In this document: one piece after another, positions 27,201 to 36,278 of the stretch
How positions within the stretch are numbered: position 1 is the stretch's first letter
Layout: every line of letters starts with the position of its first letter
Origin: a virus
Virus record (IMG/VR): IMGVR_UViG_3300020183_000020
Coordinates: 46,138-110,137 of that record
Length of the DNA stretch: 64,000 nt
Strand: one strand, 5' to 3'
Position numbers and translations under genes: made by a program
Notes under the pieces: model-generated
The model's input: only the letters and a program-made list of their open reading frames with translations
Told to the model about the DNA's origin: nothing
Databases searched by the model: none

Positions 27201-30200
27201 TGGACATGGGGTTCAACAAGACCTACACTTTTCAGGTCACTTTTGCGACAAATCCAGGAGAGGTCACTTCTTGGCTGATGGTCTCAGACCCTGATGTTCT
27301 TGCCCCCAAATCCTCCGAAGATGTCGGGGCAAGTATTGAGATTGTGGCAGATGTGTTTTATCCAAGCGAGCCACTACATGGAGATCGCTTATCTTTTATC
27401 CCTAGCAGCATTTACAACACAATCACACCTGAGATACCACTCATCTCCATATCAGATGTTGTAGACGCTCCCACAGATGCTTTAACTTTCGCTCAGTCCA
27501 AGTTTATCCAAGAAAACATACCTGCACCTACGGATGTACTCAGCACAAGTTATCTCATCCTCCCTAGCTCCGTCACCGAAACCACTCAATCTATTACGGA
27601 TAGTTTCAGTTACCTTTATCGCTTGTCCATAATGGATAGCTTGTCATCCATCAATGACTCCACATCTACCCAAATCATTACTCTGATATTGGATAGTTTA
27701 TCCGTAATAGATAATGCGGATGCGGTTTTGGGTCTTTACTTTTCAGATGGAGTCTCTCTTATTTCGGACTCCGTGTCTGTTTTGGAGAGTTTGTCTTTAA
27801 ATTTGGGAGATTCTTTAGGTCTTAGTGATGCGGCATCAGTCACTTATGGTTTTGTACCTGCATTATCGGCGGATAATATCCCTAATCTCTTGGACAATGT
27901 TTCTACTTCTGAAACCAAGTTCATACAAGACACACTCGCTTCAATCACGGATAGCGTAATAACAGGTCTATCGGGATTTAACTTTTCTGATGTGTTGGGT
28001 GCCTCATCTGATGAAGTAGAGACCCTTTACGCCTACCTGCCGAGGACTGCATCAGATGTCATCAACAACATTCTTGATGCTGTTCTCTTAAGATACTCCA
28101 CTTCAGTATCCGATAACCTAAGCCCTATCTTGGATAGCGTTCTCTCACAATTGTCTGCATATCTGTTATTGGATAGTGTGACCTTTAGTGATGTAGTGAC
28201 CACATCATATGCGTACACGCCCATGCAGGTCCAAGATGCAGTATCGGGTATCTCAGATCAGATTTCTTTTGGCATCTCCACAAATGTCTCTGAAGTGTTA
28301 TCCGTGACTGATGATTTATCCTATCTCTTTGGGGATTCCCTGAGTGTGCAGGATAGTCTGAGCGTTACGGATAGTGTGATCACATCTTACCTGTATGGCA
28401 ACATTGGGATAACAGAGAGTGTTGCGGGGATTTTGGATAGTGTGATCACATCTTATTTGTATGCGGCTGTGGGTGTGTCTGATGAAGTAGTTGAGTTGGT
28501 AGATAGCGTCTTTGCCCGAATTAAGAGCTTGAGTGTTCAGGACAGCCTGAGCGTTACGGATAGCGGATTGGTATTTATCGCATCCACCAACCTCACCGAT
28601 AACATCTCCATTACGGATAGTGCGGGGTTCCGTGTACCTGTCGTATCGTTATTGGATAGTGTGGATATAACGGATGAAGGAGGTGCGTTTATAGCGTCTC
28701 AGTCGGTGTCTGATCTTGTGCCTGTGTTGGGGGATGAAATATCATCATTACTAGAGTTGGGGGCTGTTTCGGTATCGGATTTAATAATTGTGTCTGATAG
28801 CGTAGTGGCGAGCTATGAGTACACGGCGGCGGTGGTTTTGGAAGAGGGTGTACAGATAGACGATTCAACGGAAACGAGTTTAAGGCTTGTGCTGTCGGAT
28901 AGCGTATCAGCATCCACGGATACCATCTCTACTTCAGCCGTTTTTGTTCCGATGAATCAAACGGATAGTGTAGGTGTTGTTTCGGATGCACTAACGACTA
29001 GTTATTTACTCTTGCCTAGTTCTGTGGTGGAGAGTGTGCCTAGTGTTGCGGATACGACATCGTTGTCTTTGAGTTTGACTTCTGTTGTAACGGAGGCTCT
29101 CGTATCCGTTTCGGACGATTGGACTGCCTATATATCGTCCAAATCTGTATTGGATAGTGTGGGTGTAATCACGGATGAAGTTTTGACGACTTATGACGAG
29201 TTTTTGAGTTTGGTTGATGGGAGCATTTTATTTTCAGGGGAGGACACATCTTACTTGGTGGGAGCGGATATATCTGCTTTTGACACTTCGACAACCGCCT
29301 TCAGGGTGGAGTGGTGGATGTATTTGGATAGTTCAGGGGGAGGGACGAATCCTGTAGTGTTTTCTAGGAACTTGCGTGGGACTTCGGATAGGTTCAGAGT
29401 TAGGTTATTGAGCCGAACGGGATTAGAGTTTTCGGTTTCAACAGGTTCGGCATCTGTATCCAACAACTTCGGTTCAGTTCCGAATGACGAGTGGGTTCAC
29501 ATCGCCCTTGTTGGTCGTAGTTCTCAAATACGAGCTTATGCCAATGGAGTTCAGCTTGGTAGCACTTGGTCAACCACCTACAACATAAACAACTCAAGTG
29601 CGGCTAATCTTTACATAGGTAACGAAACAACTCCCGTAGCCGATAATGCCTTTAAGGGATACCTTACAAACTTAAGGTATCTCTATCAGATTTCAGGTAC
29701 GGCGGATTTGACCACAAGGACGGGAACTTTCAGTATTCCACTTGCCCCACTTCCAAGTGTGAGCATAAATGTCTTTAGACTTGTGGCTACTGATGCTGCG
29801 ACCGCGTTCACAGGTACGGGTACTACACTATCCAACACATCTTCGGTGTCATGGTCGAGTGAAGTACCCACCTTGGCGAATCCTATGTCCTCTTTGTCGT
29901 TGAGTGGGGTTCTTTCTTATCCGTATTACAACGGATATCTCAGCCGAACGGGAGAGTCGGACTTCAACTTAGGTGCGGGAGATTTTACGATAGAGTGGTT
30001 TCAGTACCTGACTAACGAACAACTCAGTACTAGTTACAGCCATCGGGCATACATCTTTGATCTAGATTATCCGGGTGCGTCTAAACAACTATCCATTTAC
30101 TATGATGCGGCATTAGAGACGATATATTTGGCATATCGGATAAATGCTTCGACAAACTACACCATAGGGTTTGCGGTAAATAATATACGCGACCGCTGGA

Positions 30201-31597
30201 GTCACTTTGCACTAACACGCTACAGCGGAACTCTTTATCTTGCCCAAAATGGATATTCATTGGCGGCGACCAAGATAGATGACAGCTTGAGTTTGGTGAC
30301 TTCTTTGGACTTCACGGGGGCAAGCAATGGAAGCCTCTACATAGGCGGAGATAAAGCCCAAACCGCCAATTATTACTTTAATGGATACTTATCGAACTTC
30401 CGTATGAGCGTTGGAGTAGCAAGATACACCTCTCAAGATGCACCCTTTACGCCTCCATCGACACAACTCTCTACAGATGCCAACACCAAACTTCTACTCT
30501 TAGCTGTTTCTGATGCCACTACAGACAGTAGTGGTTTATCCAATACCATGACGGCAACAAATGTGGAGCGAGAAGATTTTAGTGGGGCTTATGGGAACGA
30601 CAAGCTGAGTGTGGCAGTACAGACTTCTAGTACGCTTTACAGTAGTGCTGCTCAGTTCTTTGTGTACTCGGAAAACGATTATTATGCCCGACAAGCCCAA
30701 GGGGACAACACATATCCTACCCTTGTGTCGAGCCTTCCGAGATTTATGGAATTCCCTACCAATGCCTTGGCTTATGAGGGTTTATATAAGGGCTCATTCT
30801 CTGCCGCTGTAAGTGCGGGTTATTCCAATACATCCCCGACACAAGCGGATTTGATCTATAGAGCCTTATCTACGAGTACGATTAATCATCGTATCGAGGA
30901 ATATAACTCTCCGACACAACCTACCGAGTATAAAATCTTCGCTAGGTTAAATAACGATGCGAGCCCTACGCCTGAGTTCAACATCGCTTTTAAATATACG
31001 GATAATACATGGGGTAGTTATTACAACTTATTCCCTTCTACAGGGGCATTGAATGTAAAACGCAACTATCTTCACACACTTAGAGTTAATACAGACGGAA
31101 CAACAACATTCACACAAGATACAACGGGTCAGACGGCTATTTATCCATACGCCACACAAGTGCGATTGTATGCCTATTTCAAGAACCTTGATAATGGATT
31201 AGGGGCTGCCGCAGACCCACAATCCAAGATATTGCTCCGCACCGATCCTTCATTAGGTGTTGTGACGGGGAGAGTAGTGAGTGTGCCTAGTGAGTACTCA
31301 GGCACGGGTGGATTAATCCCCAAGTCCGAAATAACGAACACAAATAATGTGTCTCAGGTTTCTTGGTCTGTGACTACAGGGACAAAATACAGACTTTATT
31401 TGGATAAGGACGCGGGCGTTGATTTAATCCTAGCCTTTAGAGCTTACACCTACTCGGCAGGTGCAACGGACTACAACACTCTGTATGACTCAAACAATCC
31501 GCCTGATTACAGATCATTTTCTAACCTGATCTGTCAGCAAAACTTGTTTCTTCAGGTTCTTGAAGACGGAAGCATCCTCATAACCCAAGCCTCATAA
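24236..31597 (+). CDS. Giant baseplate/tail fibre protein: wedge-like N-terminus, Ser/Asp-rich repeat stalk, two LamG (ConA-like) domains
   Basis: 'LKPAH' wedge-like motif; many '(V/I)(S/T)DS' repeats; 'VEWWMY..EWVHIALV..YANG..LYIG..FKGYLTNLR' and 'FTIEWFQY..WSHFALTR..LYIGG..FNGYLSNFR..GVARY..DANTKLLL'. Confidence 0.75.
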   Translation: MSIYPYDPRVQKDPLGRKSSSRRLLEDILAERIVSSLARSTASNYITEAYGANHRIFYEGIAAILAEFLVDSVDNIDDADLTQMRAEFISTRLLYSVFPPNESAIPSTDTIEELHSILQDTLKSLFKGSGNSSILEALNSLGSEVSLEIENFVVNLTSSILSITSIAEDHRHFVFSRPTGLGSTSYPIGMKWGDALHTHLVIDGVVQPYTDTQGTTHTHEASLGLSLNVLKIQENLRKVFSVLKPAHIKTGVVASLLEEDETLGVTEDGMSLSLGEFHQEDMRKVRLGTWGDVLFGYASNKTLRLYRTNITKPNSLLIKASENAPSGQRRRVISVSNSTPPSGDYPIWSFPLDAVAEEVLRDIGVDVLSVDADGFVVGKNTSTSTTQMLSYLGDGSLVLLNGVAYYLDMFLKTPVKHKLSAKVIQLDSVSASQGVVEITNLSSPWKVRQDIRYESYTFTYYPPDISNLWFSFPDLNIRFFYKGIALGLTQSCSIFVNGIELPADKIKFYSYFDNRFYVLNPDGSSYLNDLDRITIVYPYDEDEVYRFTALNDTRLVLNATRKLGQVTTTQGRKSAYSAPSAPPYYIRRKNFVLNKVEPISPLFFEQREASYGLNSTSTTNTTTQYLNSSFILNRVSSSSKVSNISAPATANLSTSDGKISFVQLGFKPDYILSITDTDGNEYLGTLDSGYLLVQGVDVLTTLEISAVSSNPLTSEGTWFSGEKLLEGQAPLKKPTHSFSGLSESTSDEIMSNPLGLAEPQIGGGYKDATRSVIARSSTTQVGVAGEPVFYEDRPTAFYVGGYLSELHTETSYVDDVLYGDYSLYTLGPISTTELTTFTTIPTYLFFQYNSLSLFGGDGYYFSIYRISSDGIKYYQTLYPIADGGGFECFEQHPSPPNGAPLAYRWIDQGTGSGFSLNYDNGNFDFPLYEADPNGYFNHIPNQTYYIEVYMEQNAGADGLRFFSSGTNAPYALNTPWASSSEVYDLDDPMDMGFNKTYTFQVTFATNPGEVTSWLMVSDPDVLAPKSSEDVGASIEIVADVFYPSEPLHGDRLSFIPSSIYNTITPEIPLISISDVVDAPTDALTFAQSKFIQENIPAPTDVLSTSYLILPSSVTETTQSITDSFSYLYRLSIMDSLSSINDSTSTQIITLILDSLSVIDNADAVLGLYFSDGVSLISDSVSVLESLSLNLGDSLGLSDAASVTYGFVPALSADNIPNLLDNVSTSETKFIQDTLASITDSVITGLSGFNFSDVLGASSDEVETLYAYLPRTASDVINNILDAVLLRYSTSVSDNLSPILDSVLSQLSAYLLLDSVTFSDVVTTSYAYTPMQVQDAVSGISDQISFGISTNVSEVLSVTDDLSYLFGDSLSVQDSLSVTDSVITSYLYGNIGITESVAGILDSVITSYLYAAVGVSDEVVELVDSVFARIKSLSVQDSLSVTDSGLVFIASTNLTDNISITDSAGFRVPVVSLLDSVDITDEGGAFIASQSVSDLVPVLGDEISSLLELGAVSVSDLIIVSDSVVASYEYTAAVVLEEGVQIDDSTETSLRLVLSDSVSASTDTISTSAVFVPMNQTDSVGVVSDALTTSYLLLPSSVVESVPSVADTTSLSLSLTSVVTEALVSVSDDWTAYISSKSVLDSVGVITDEVLTTYDEFLSLVDGSILFSGEDTSYLVGADISAFDTSTTAFRVEWWMYLDSSGGGTNPVVFSRNLRGTSDRFRVRLLSRTGLEFSVSTGSASVSNNFGSVPNDEWVHIALVGRSSQIRAYANGVQLGSTWSTTYNINNSSAANLYIGNETTPVADNAFKGYLTNLRYLYQISGTADLTTRTGTFSIPLAPLPSVSINVFRLVATDAATAFTGTGTTLSNTSSVSWSSEVPTLANPMSSLSLSGVLSYPYYNGYLSRTGESDFNLGAGDFTIEWFQYLTNEQLSTSYSHRAYIFDLDYPGASKQLSIYYDAALETIYLAYRINASTNYTIGFAVNNIRDRWSHFALTRYSGTLYLAQNGYSLAATKIDDSLSLVTSLDFTGASNGSLYIGGDKAQTANYYFNGYLSNFRMSVGVARYTSQDAPFTPPSTQLSTDANTKLLLLAVSDATTDSSGLSNTMTATNVEREDFSGAYGNDKLSVAVQTSSTLYSSAAQFFVYSENDYYARQAQGDNTYPTLVSSLPRFMEFPTNALAYEGLYKGSFSAAVSAGYSNTSPTQADLIYRALSTSTINHRIEEYNSPTQPTEYKIFARLNNDASPTPEFNIAFKYTDNTWGSYYNLFPSTGALNVKRNYLHTLRVNTDGTTTFTQDTTGQTAIYPYATQVRLYAYFKNLDNGLGAAADPQSKILLRTDPSLGVVTGRVVSVPSEYSGTGGLIPKSEITNTNNVSQVSWSVTTGTKYRLYLDKDAGVDLILAFRAYTYSAGATDYNTLYDSNNPPDYRSFSNLICQQNLFLQVLEDGSILITQAS
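27430..29190 (+). repeat. Degenerate coding repeat array (approx. 22-aa S/D-rich units)
   Basis: Recurring units such as SVQDSLSVTDS (twice) and DSVITSYLY (twice); boundaries approximate. Confidence 0.7.
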
Positions 31598-31658
31598 ACC
31601 ACCCATCATAAATCATTTATAGACGCAGGTCTATGAACTAACAACAGGAGTATCCGAA

Positions 31659-32330
31659 ATGATGATCATCACAGGAAAAGTACACGCACTTGTTCGTAAC
31701 TGCAAGGGCGAGATTGTTCAGGAAGTCTTTGGGCCGAACGCCGTGGTGGAGATGTCCAACAATATCCTGATGGATGCGGTCTTCCCTAAACTTGGAACAA
31801 ATGCAGCCCCCACAGCGATTCCCAATCGCCCTGAGGGAACAAACATGACTGATAATACAACCTTCCCCTCAGGAGGAAACTTCATAGGGGCAGGGGGAGC
31901 GGATCAAACTATCCAAGAAGCGGCGAGGAACCACATAGCTTATATAGCAATTGGCGACAATGAAGGTTCTAACGACACAGGTGTGGCGAACCAAAACCAA
32001 AAGGTCACTATGGTGGATACAGATTTCGATCCCACCAATGCTGTGACCGTCTATGCTCGGAGAGTCGATTCCGTGACCTTCCCTGCATACAACCAAGTAC
32101 GCTTCACCACAACTTATTCCACAGCACAAGGAAACCTAGCGGGCGGGATTGCCGAAATTGGATTGTGGACGGCAGGGAACAATGCCGATGCGGATGGATT
32201 CCTGACCAATGAAGTGCCTACGGCATCGACCAATATGAGACTTTTTGCCCGTAAGATTTTAGCGAATACCATCACCAAGACAGATGACGGTACATTAGAG
32301 ATCAACTACACGCTTACTTTTGGTGCTTAA
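31659..32330 (+). CDS. Tail/baseplate structural protein (tail-collar/fibre-attachment-like)
   Basis: 'N.VV','IAIGD','FTTTYS','IAEIGLW','LFARK...ITKT....LEINYTLTF'; TAAATCATTTAT motif at 31609-31620. Confidence 0.6.
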   Translation: MMIITGKVHALVRNCKGEIVQEVFGPNAVVEMSNNILMDAVFPKLGTNAAPTAIPNRPEGTNMTDNTTFPSGGNFIGAGGADQTIQEAARNHIAYIAIGDNEGSNDTGVANQNQKVTMVDTDFDPTNAVTVYARRVDSVTFPAYNQVRFTTTYSTAQGNLAGGIAEIGLWTAGNNADADGFLTNEVPTASTNMRLFARKILANTITKTDDGTLEINYTLTFGA

Positions 32331-32422
32331 GTTTAGGGTATTGTAATGCGACGCTAGGTCTTGGGAGGCTTGCTAGTTATTAAATACTCCATCACCTAGC
32401 CCCATAGGTAATGGAGGACAAT

Positions 32423-33079
32423 ATGATCAAGTCTCAAATCCCTGCCCCTAAGACATCAGCTATCCAATTTGGACTTGGGTTTTCTGAGCTAGGTGTTAAA
32501 GTCAAAGGCGATGTGTTTGGAGTTCTAATCCACGCAGATGGATCAGAAGAAGTGGTATTGGATAAGTCTAATATCTACACATTAGATGGGGGCGTATTAG
32601 CTGCGTTGTTGTTCTCGGGTGACGCAAGAGCGAGGGCAATAGATATGCTCGGTGTGGGTACGGGAGCGAGCGGAAATGCACAATCCCCTGATGTTGCGGA
32701 TAATCGCCAAAGAAGACTCCAAACACCACTCTATCGTAAGGAGTTTTCTACTCCCATTTTCCGTACCTCTTCGGGAGCCATTTCGGAAGATGGTGATGGT
32801 AACTCAATTCCCACCAATATTGTAGACTTCACAACCACCTTTGAGGCGAGTGAAGCTGTTGGTGCCTTGACTGAAATGGGTCTTTTATCCACATCGAGCG
32901 GGGTAGAGGGTTCCGTCTTTGACCCTGTACAAGAGTCGGGATCAGATGTGGTTTTCCCAAGTAGAGACACCACAATTGATATCACCGAGTACGATGTGTT
33001 GGTCAATTATCTCACTTTTCCCGTGATAAACAAACCCAATGGATCAGTCTTAGCCATAACATGGCGACTCACCTTTTAA
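32423..33079 (+). CDS. Paralogue of 31659..32330 (tail/baseplate structural protein)
   Basis: 'LGVGTG','FTTTFEASEA.GALTEMGL','F.VINKP...LAITWRLTF'; start moved to 32423 behind GGAGG. Confidence 0.6.
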   Translation: MIKSQIPAPKTSAIQFGLGFSELGVKVKGDVFGVLIHADGSEEVVLDKSNIYTLDGGVLAALLFSGDARARAIDMLGVGTGASGNAQSPDVADNRQRRLQTPLYRKEFSTPIFRTSSGAISEDGDGNSIPTNIVDFTTTFEASEAVGALTEMGLLSTSSGVEGSVFDPVQESGSDVVFPSRDTTIDITEYDVLVNYLTFPVINKPNGSVLAITWRLTF

Positions 33080-33094
33080 GAGCGAGTATCCATA

Positions 33095-36000
33095 ATGACT
33101 AAGTTTCTATCTACCGTAAGCAGAAATCTATCCCCCTCCAACTACTCTTGGGACTCCGTTGTTCATCAACAATCCCGCCCTCTATTGGATAGTGAACTCA
33201 ATCTATCCCAAGACATCCTCTCCGAAAAGTCTCGGATTGACCTGCCTTCAGGCATCCTTTCCCGTTATCCAATAAACGAGTCGGTTGGCAGTCTTATTTT
33301 CTCTCCCACTACTCCAAATGAGTTTGGGGTAAATCCCTTTAAGGCGTTGGTGGCGGGGAAAATCCTTGAAGTAAAAGGAACCAACTCCACAACAGATGTG
33401 AATAAAATCTACTTGCCAGCCCCTGAGACGACCTCAGGTCCGGGTACGGACTTAAAGAGAACGGATTTCGTATTCCTTGAAATGTGGCTTCAAGAAGTAA
33501 CCCCTTCTATGAACGCTCGCTCTCGACTAAGGGTTGTAGGGGTTCTTACAGGCGATACTCTCACTATTGGTGATGGGATTAATCCTGATATCATCCTAAC
33601 TGAGGGTACCGACTTCTTTGTTGGTGTTTCAAACCCCCACACGGCAAGAAACATAGCGGAAGCCATCAATGATTATGATGGACTCAACCTAGGTTTGACA
33701 ATTGGCGGGGTCACCATCACGGCTGAAACAAGAGGCACGGACTTTTTATTTCTTCTGATGACGGGAGGTGCGAACGGAAACAATATCACCTTTACCCCTA
33801 GTTCTCTCACATCTATTGAGGTCATCAACTCACCCTCAGGGGGGACAACGGGTACGGGTAAACCTGATGCGGATCATATTTATTATGCGGGGAATGTTCT
33901 TTCGGATAGTTCATTGTGGTTAGACGATAATATCCAAGACCCAAATATTTCCACATCGTCTAGTAGAAGAGTGCAAATCCAATATCGGATTAGAGTTCAC
34001 TCTAGCACCTTCTTTAGTCCTGTGAGCACACCCTTTGGGTTAGACGATGGGAGCATTTATGCTCAAGGGGGTGCAGGTACAGAAGTGGTGGGTCGCATCT
34101 TCTCCCGTCATGATACGGATCATGGATTATGGATAGCAGGAGATGGAGACTTAACATCTTCTACCGAGTTTTCTAGCGTAGACGGATTTGTCTATGCCAT
34201 CCCATTGTTCTTTGTCTTTAGACGAAACCAAGCCGATACTGCAAGCGGGTATGGGTTTAATCCAAATGACGATGCCAACACAGGTTTGTTATCCACCCAT
34301 GATGGGACATTCACAAATGCTGTCATTTGTGTTGATCCGATTCCACTTGGGGAATCGGATAGACCTGATGGTCTATTTGCGGATGAAATATCCACATCTG
34401 ATGTTTTAGACTTACGAAGAAGAGTTTTCCCACAAGGTGTAGACTTCTCAGCCGCTCTTGAATATCAGTTCCACGCCTTATTGGATAACACAAACAGAAC
34501 ATGGTTCTTAGACGAGTCGGTGTTTAACACTTATGCGGACGGCACAGGTGGCATATCCACAACACCCATGGTGTGTGATGTGTTTGGCTTATCCGATTTA
34601 AGTGCGGGTAATTATAAGAGAGACTTTGATCGTGTTTCGAGGAGATTCAGTACTGCCCCTTTGATTGAGCGGACGACTATAGTTGCCTATCCACAAGGTA
34701 CAACATCCCCAACGGGTGTGAGCGTTGCCTCAGCAGGTGGTGATCCTCTGAAGTGGTATGAAGGCGATGTTATCGAGATTGACTTCTCAGGTTTAAACTC
34801 AAGATCAGACGCTTTGTGGACGACCTTTGAGCCTTTAGACCCTGAAACCGATAACCCTGTTGACTTTTGGGTGAATGGAACCCGTATCCTTGATATTGGA
34901 TACTGCTGGCATGACGATACCGATGGTACGGGCAACACGGATAACACAGCCAAGTTTTCTAAGATAGAAGTGTTATCCGAAACCTTGGTGCGATTAACCC
35001 TAGATAGGAATGATCAACTCGCCAATAGAGGCGATGGGGTTACTGCCCCTGCCCCTACGGATTGTCTTGTTGGTGATGCAACAGGGAATACGGGTAGTGA
35101 ATATGGGATATACATAGAAGTGATCCTTGAATACCCTGCCTCGGATAAGGGCTTAACAGAAACACCAATCAGTACACTTCAACCTGATGTAACGGCTTAT
35201 CCAAGAGGTGCAGTTTTAAACTTTCCTGTGGGTACGGAGCCACACTCAGATGCGGACAATGAGAAGCCATTAGTTCACTTAGAAGATCAAAGGCGAGAGT
35301 TATCCATTGAGTACATAGGTGAACAACGCACAGACGAGTTTGTTGCATATAGTGGCACGGCGGTAAGACTCCCCTATCGGATTTTTTATGATCCCACGGA
35401 TGTCCTTACATTACCTGAGGTTTATGACCGTTCAGGTGGTGCAAATGATGGGGACTTATTGGCTTTAAACTTGAGCGAGTGTCAATTTGGACAAGCAGAG
35501 ACAATACTTGTTTGGACAGCCGACAGCACCACTTTCCCTAGACTTGTGGAAGTGACTTGTTATCCATTATTGGCGTGTGTTCCAAATAATGTGAAGTTCT
35601 TCGTCTATTATCGAGGCGTGTGTCCCCAAACTTGCGGGACAAAAGCGGGGAGTGTCAACTCAGGTGTCGGAGGTCTTTGTCCTGATGAGTTGGAGCTAAA
35701 ACCTTTAGCTGTATCTAGGAACATCACCACCTTGCTACAGGGTGCAGGTGCAGGTAGCTCAGGTTATCCATTTTATGCCCCTTATGAACAACTTGGCACA
35801 AGTTCTAGGGCAGAGGATACTTATGGATACACGGAATGGGGTGTATTGAATGGAACAGAGGTTTATTTGGATGACTTAAGGATAAATACAGGGATGGTGG
35901 ACTTGCCGAGTTTCGTTCCGTTCGTCAGTTCTGTAGGAGTGACCTTGGGGGAGATTTCGGGTGGTGGTGTGCCTGTCAAAGATGATGAAGGTCGGGTGAT

Positions 36001-36274
36001 TTATCCGACTTTAGAAAACGCGAGCTACTTCCCCTCGGCATTTGCTAAGAACTTAAGTGCTTACTACAGAGACTACAAGACTTGCCTGCCAATACTGATG
36101 CGTGTGGACTCAGATGCACACACACTTTATCGCAAAAATGAAGTGGTGTTGGTGGTGTTCATTAAGACAACACCTTGGGGCGAAGGTGTTGCGGTGGATA
36201 TGAGAGAAGACAATACGAACCTCGTGGTGGCTTGTGTGTATCGCACAACACATCTCATGTTGTTGGGAGAATAA
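33095..36274 (+). CDS. Large tail/baseplate structural protein (paralogue of 42684..47867)
   Basis: 'QQSRPLLDSELN','RTDFVFLEMW','RVQIQYRIRV','DGFVYAIP...RRN','RPDGLFADEI'. Confidence 0.7.
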   Translation: MTKFLSTVSRNLSPSNYSWDSVVHQQSRPLLDSELNLSQDILSEKSRIDLPSGILSRYPINESVGSLIFSPTTPNEFGVNPFKALVAGKILEVKGTNSTTDVNKIYLPAPETTSGPGTDLKRTDFVFLEMWLQEVTPSMNARSRLRVVGVLTGDTLTIGDGINPDIILTEGTDFFVGVSNPHTARNIAEAINDYDGLNLGLTIGGVTITAETRGTDFLFLLMTGGANGNNITFTPSSLTSIEVINSPSGGTTGTGKPDADHIYYAGNVLSDSSLWLDDNIQDPNISTSSSRRVQIQYRIRVHSSTFFSPVSTPFGLDDGSIYAQGGAGTEVVGRIFSRHDTDHGLWIAGDGDLTSSTEFSSVDGFVYAIPLFFVFRRNQADTASGYGFNPNDDANTGLLSTHDGTFTNAVICVDPIPLGESDRPDGLFADEISTSDVLDLRRRVFPQGVDFSAALEYQFHALLDNTNRTWFLDESVFNTYADGTGGISTTPMVCDVFGLSDLSAGNYKRDFDRVSRRFSTAPLIERTTIVAYPQGTTSPTGVSVASAGGDPLKWYEGDVIEIDFSGLNSRSDALWTTFEPLDPETDNPVDFWVNGTRILDIGYCWHDDTDGTGNTDNTAKFSKIEVLSETLVRLTLDRNDQLANRGDGVTAPAPTDCLVGDATGNTGSEYGIYIEVILEYPASDKGLTETPISTLQPDVTAYPRGAVLNFPVGTEPHSDADNEKPLVHLEDQRRELSIEYIGEQRTDEFVAYSGTAVRLPYRIFYDPTDVLTLPEVYDRSGGANDGDLLALNLSECQFGQAETILVWTADSTTFPRLVEVTCYPLLACVPNNVKFFVYYRGVCPQTCGTKAGSVNSGVGGLCPDELELKPLAVSRNITTLLQGAGAGSSGYPFYAPYEQLGTSSRAEDTYGYTEWGVLNGTEVYLDDLRINTGMVDLPSFVPFVSSVGVTLGEISGGGVPVKDDEGRVIYPTLENASYFPSAFAKNLSAYYRDYKTCLPILMRVDSDAHTLYRKNEVVLVVFIKTTPWGEGVAVDMREDNTNLVVACVYRTTHLMLLGE

Positions 36275-36278
36275 GATC

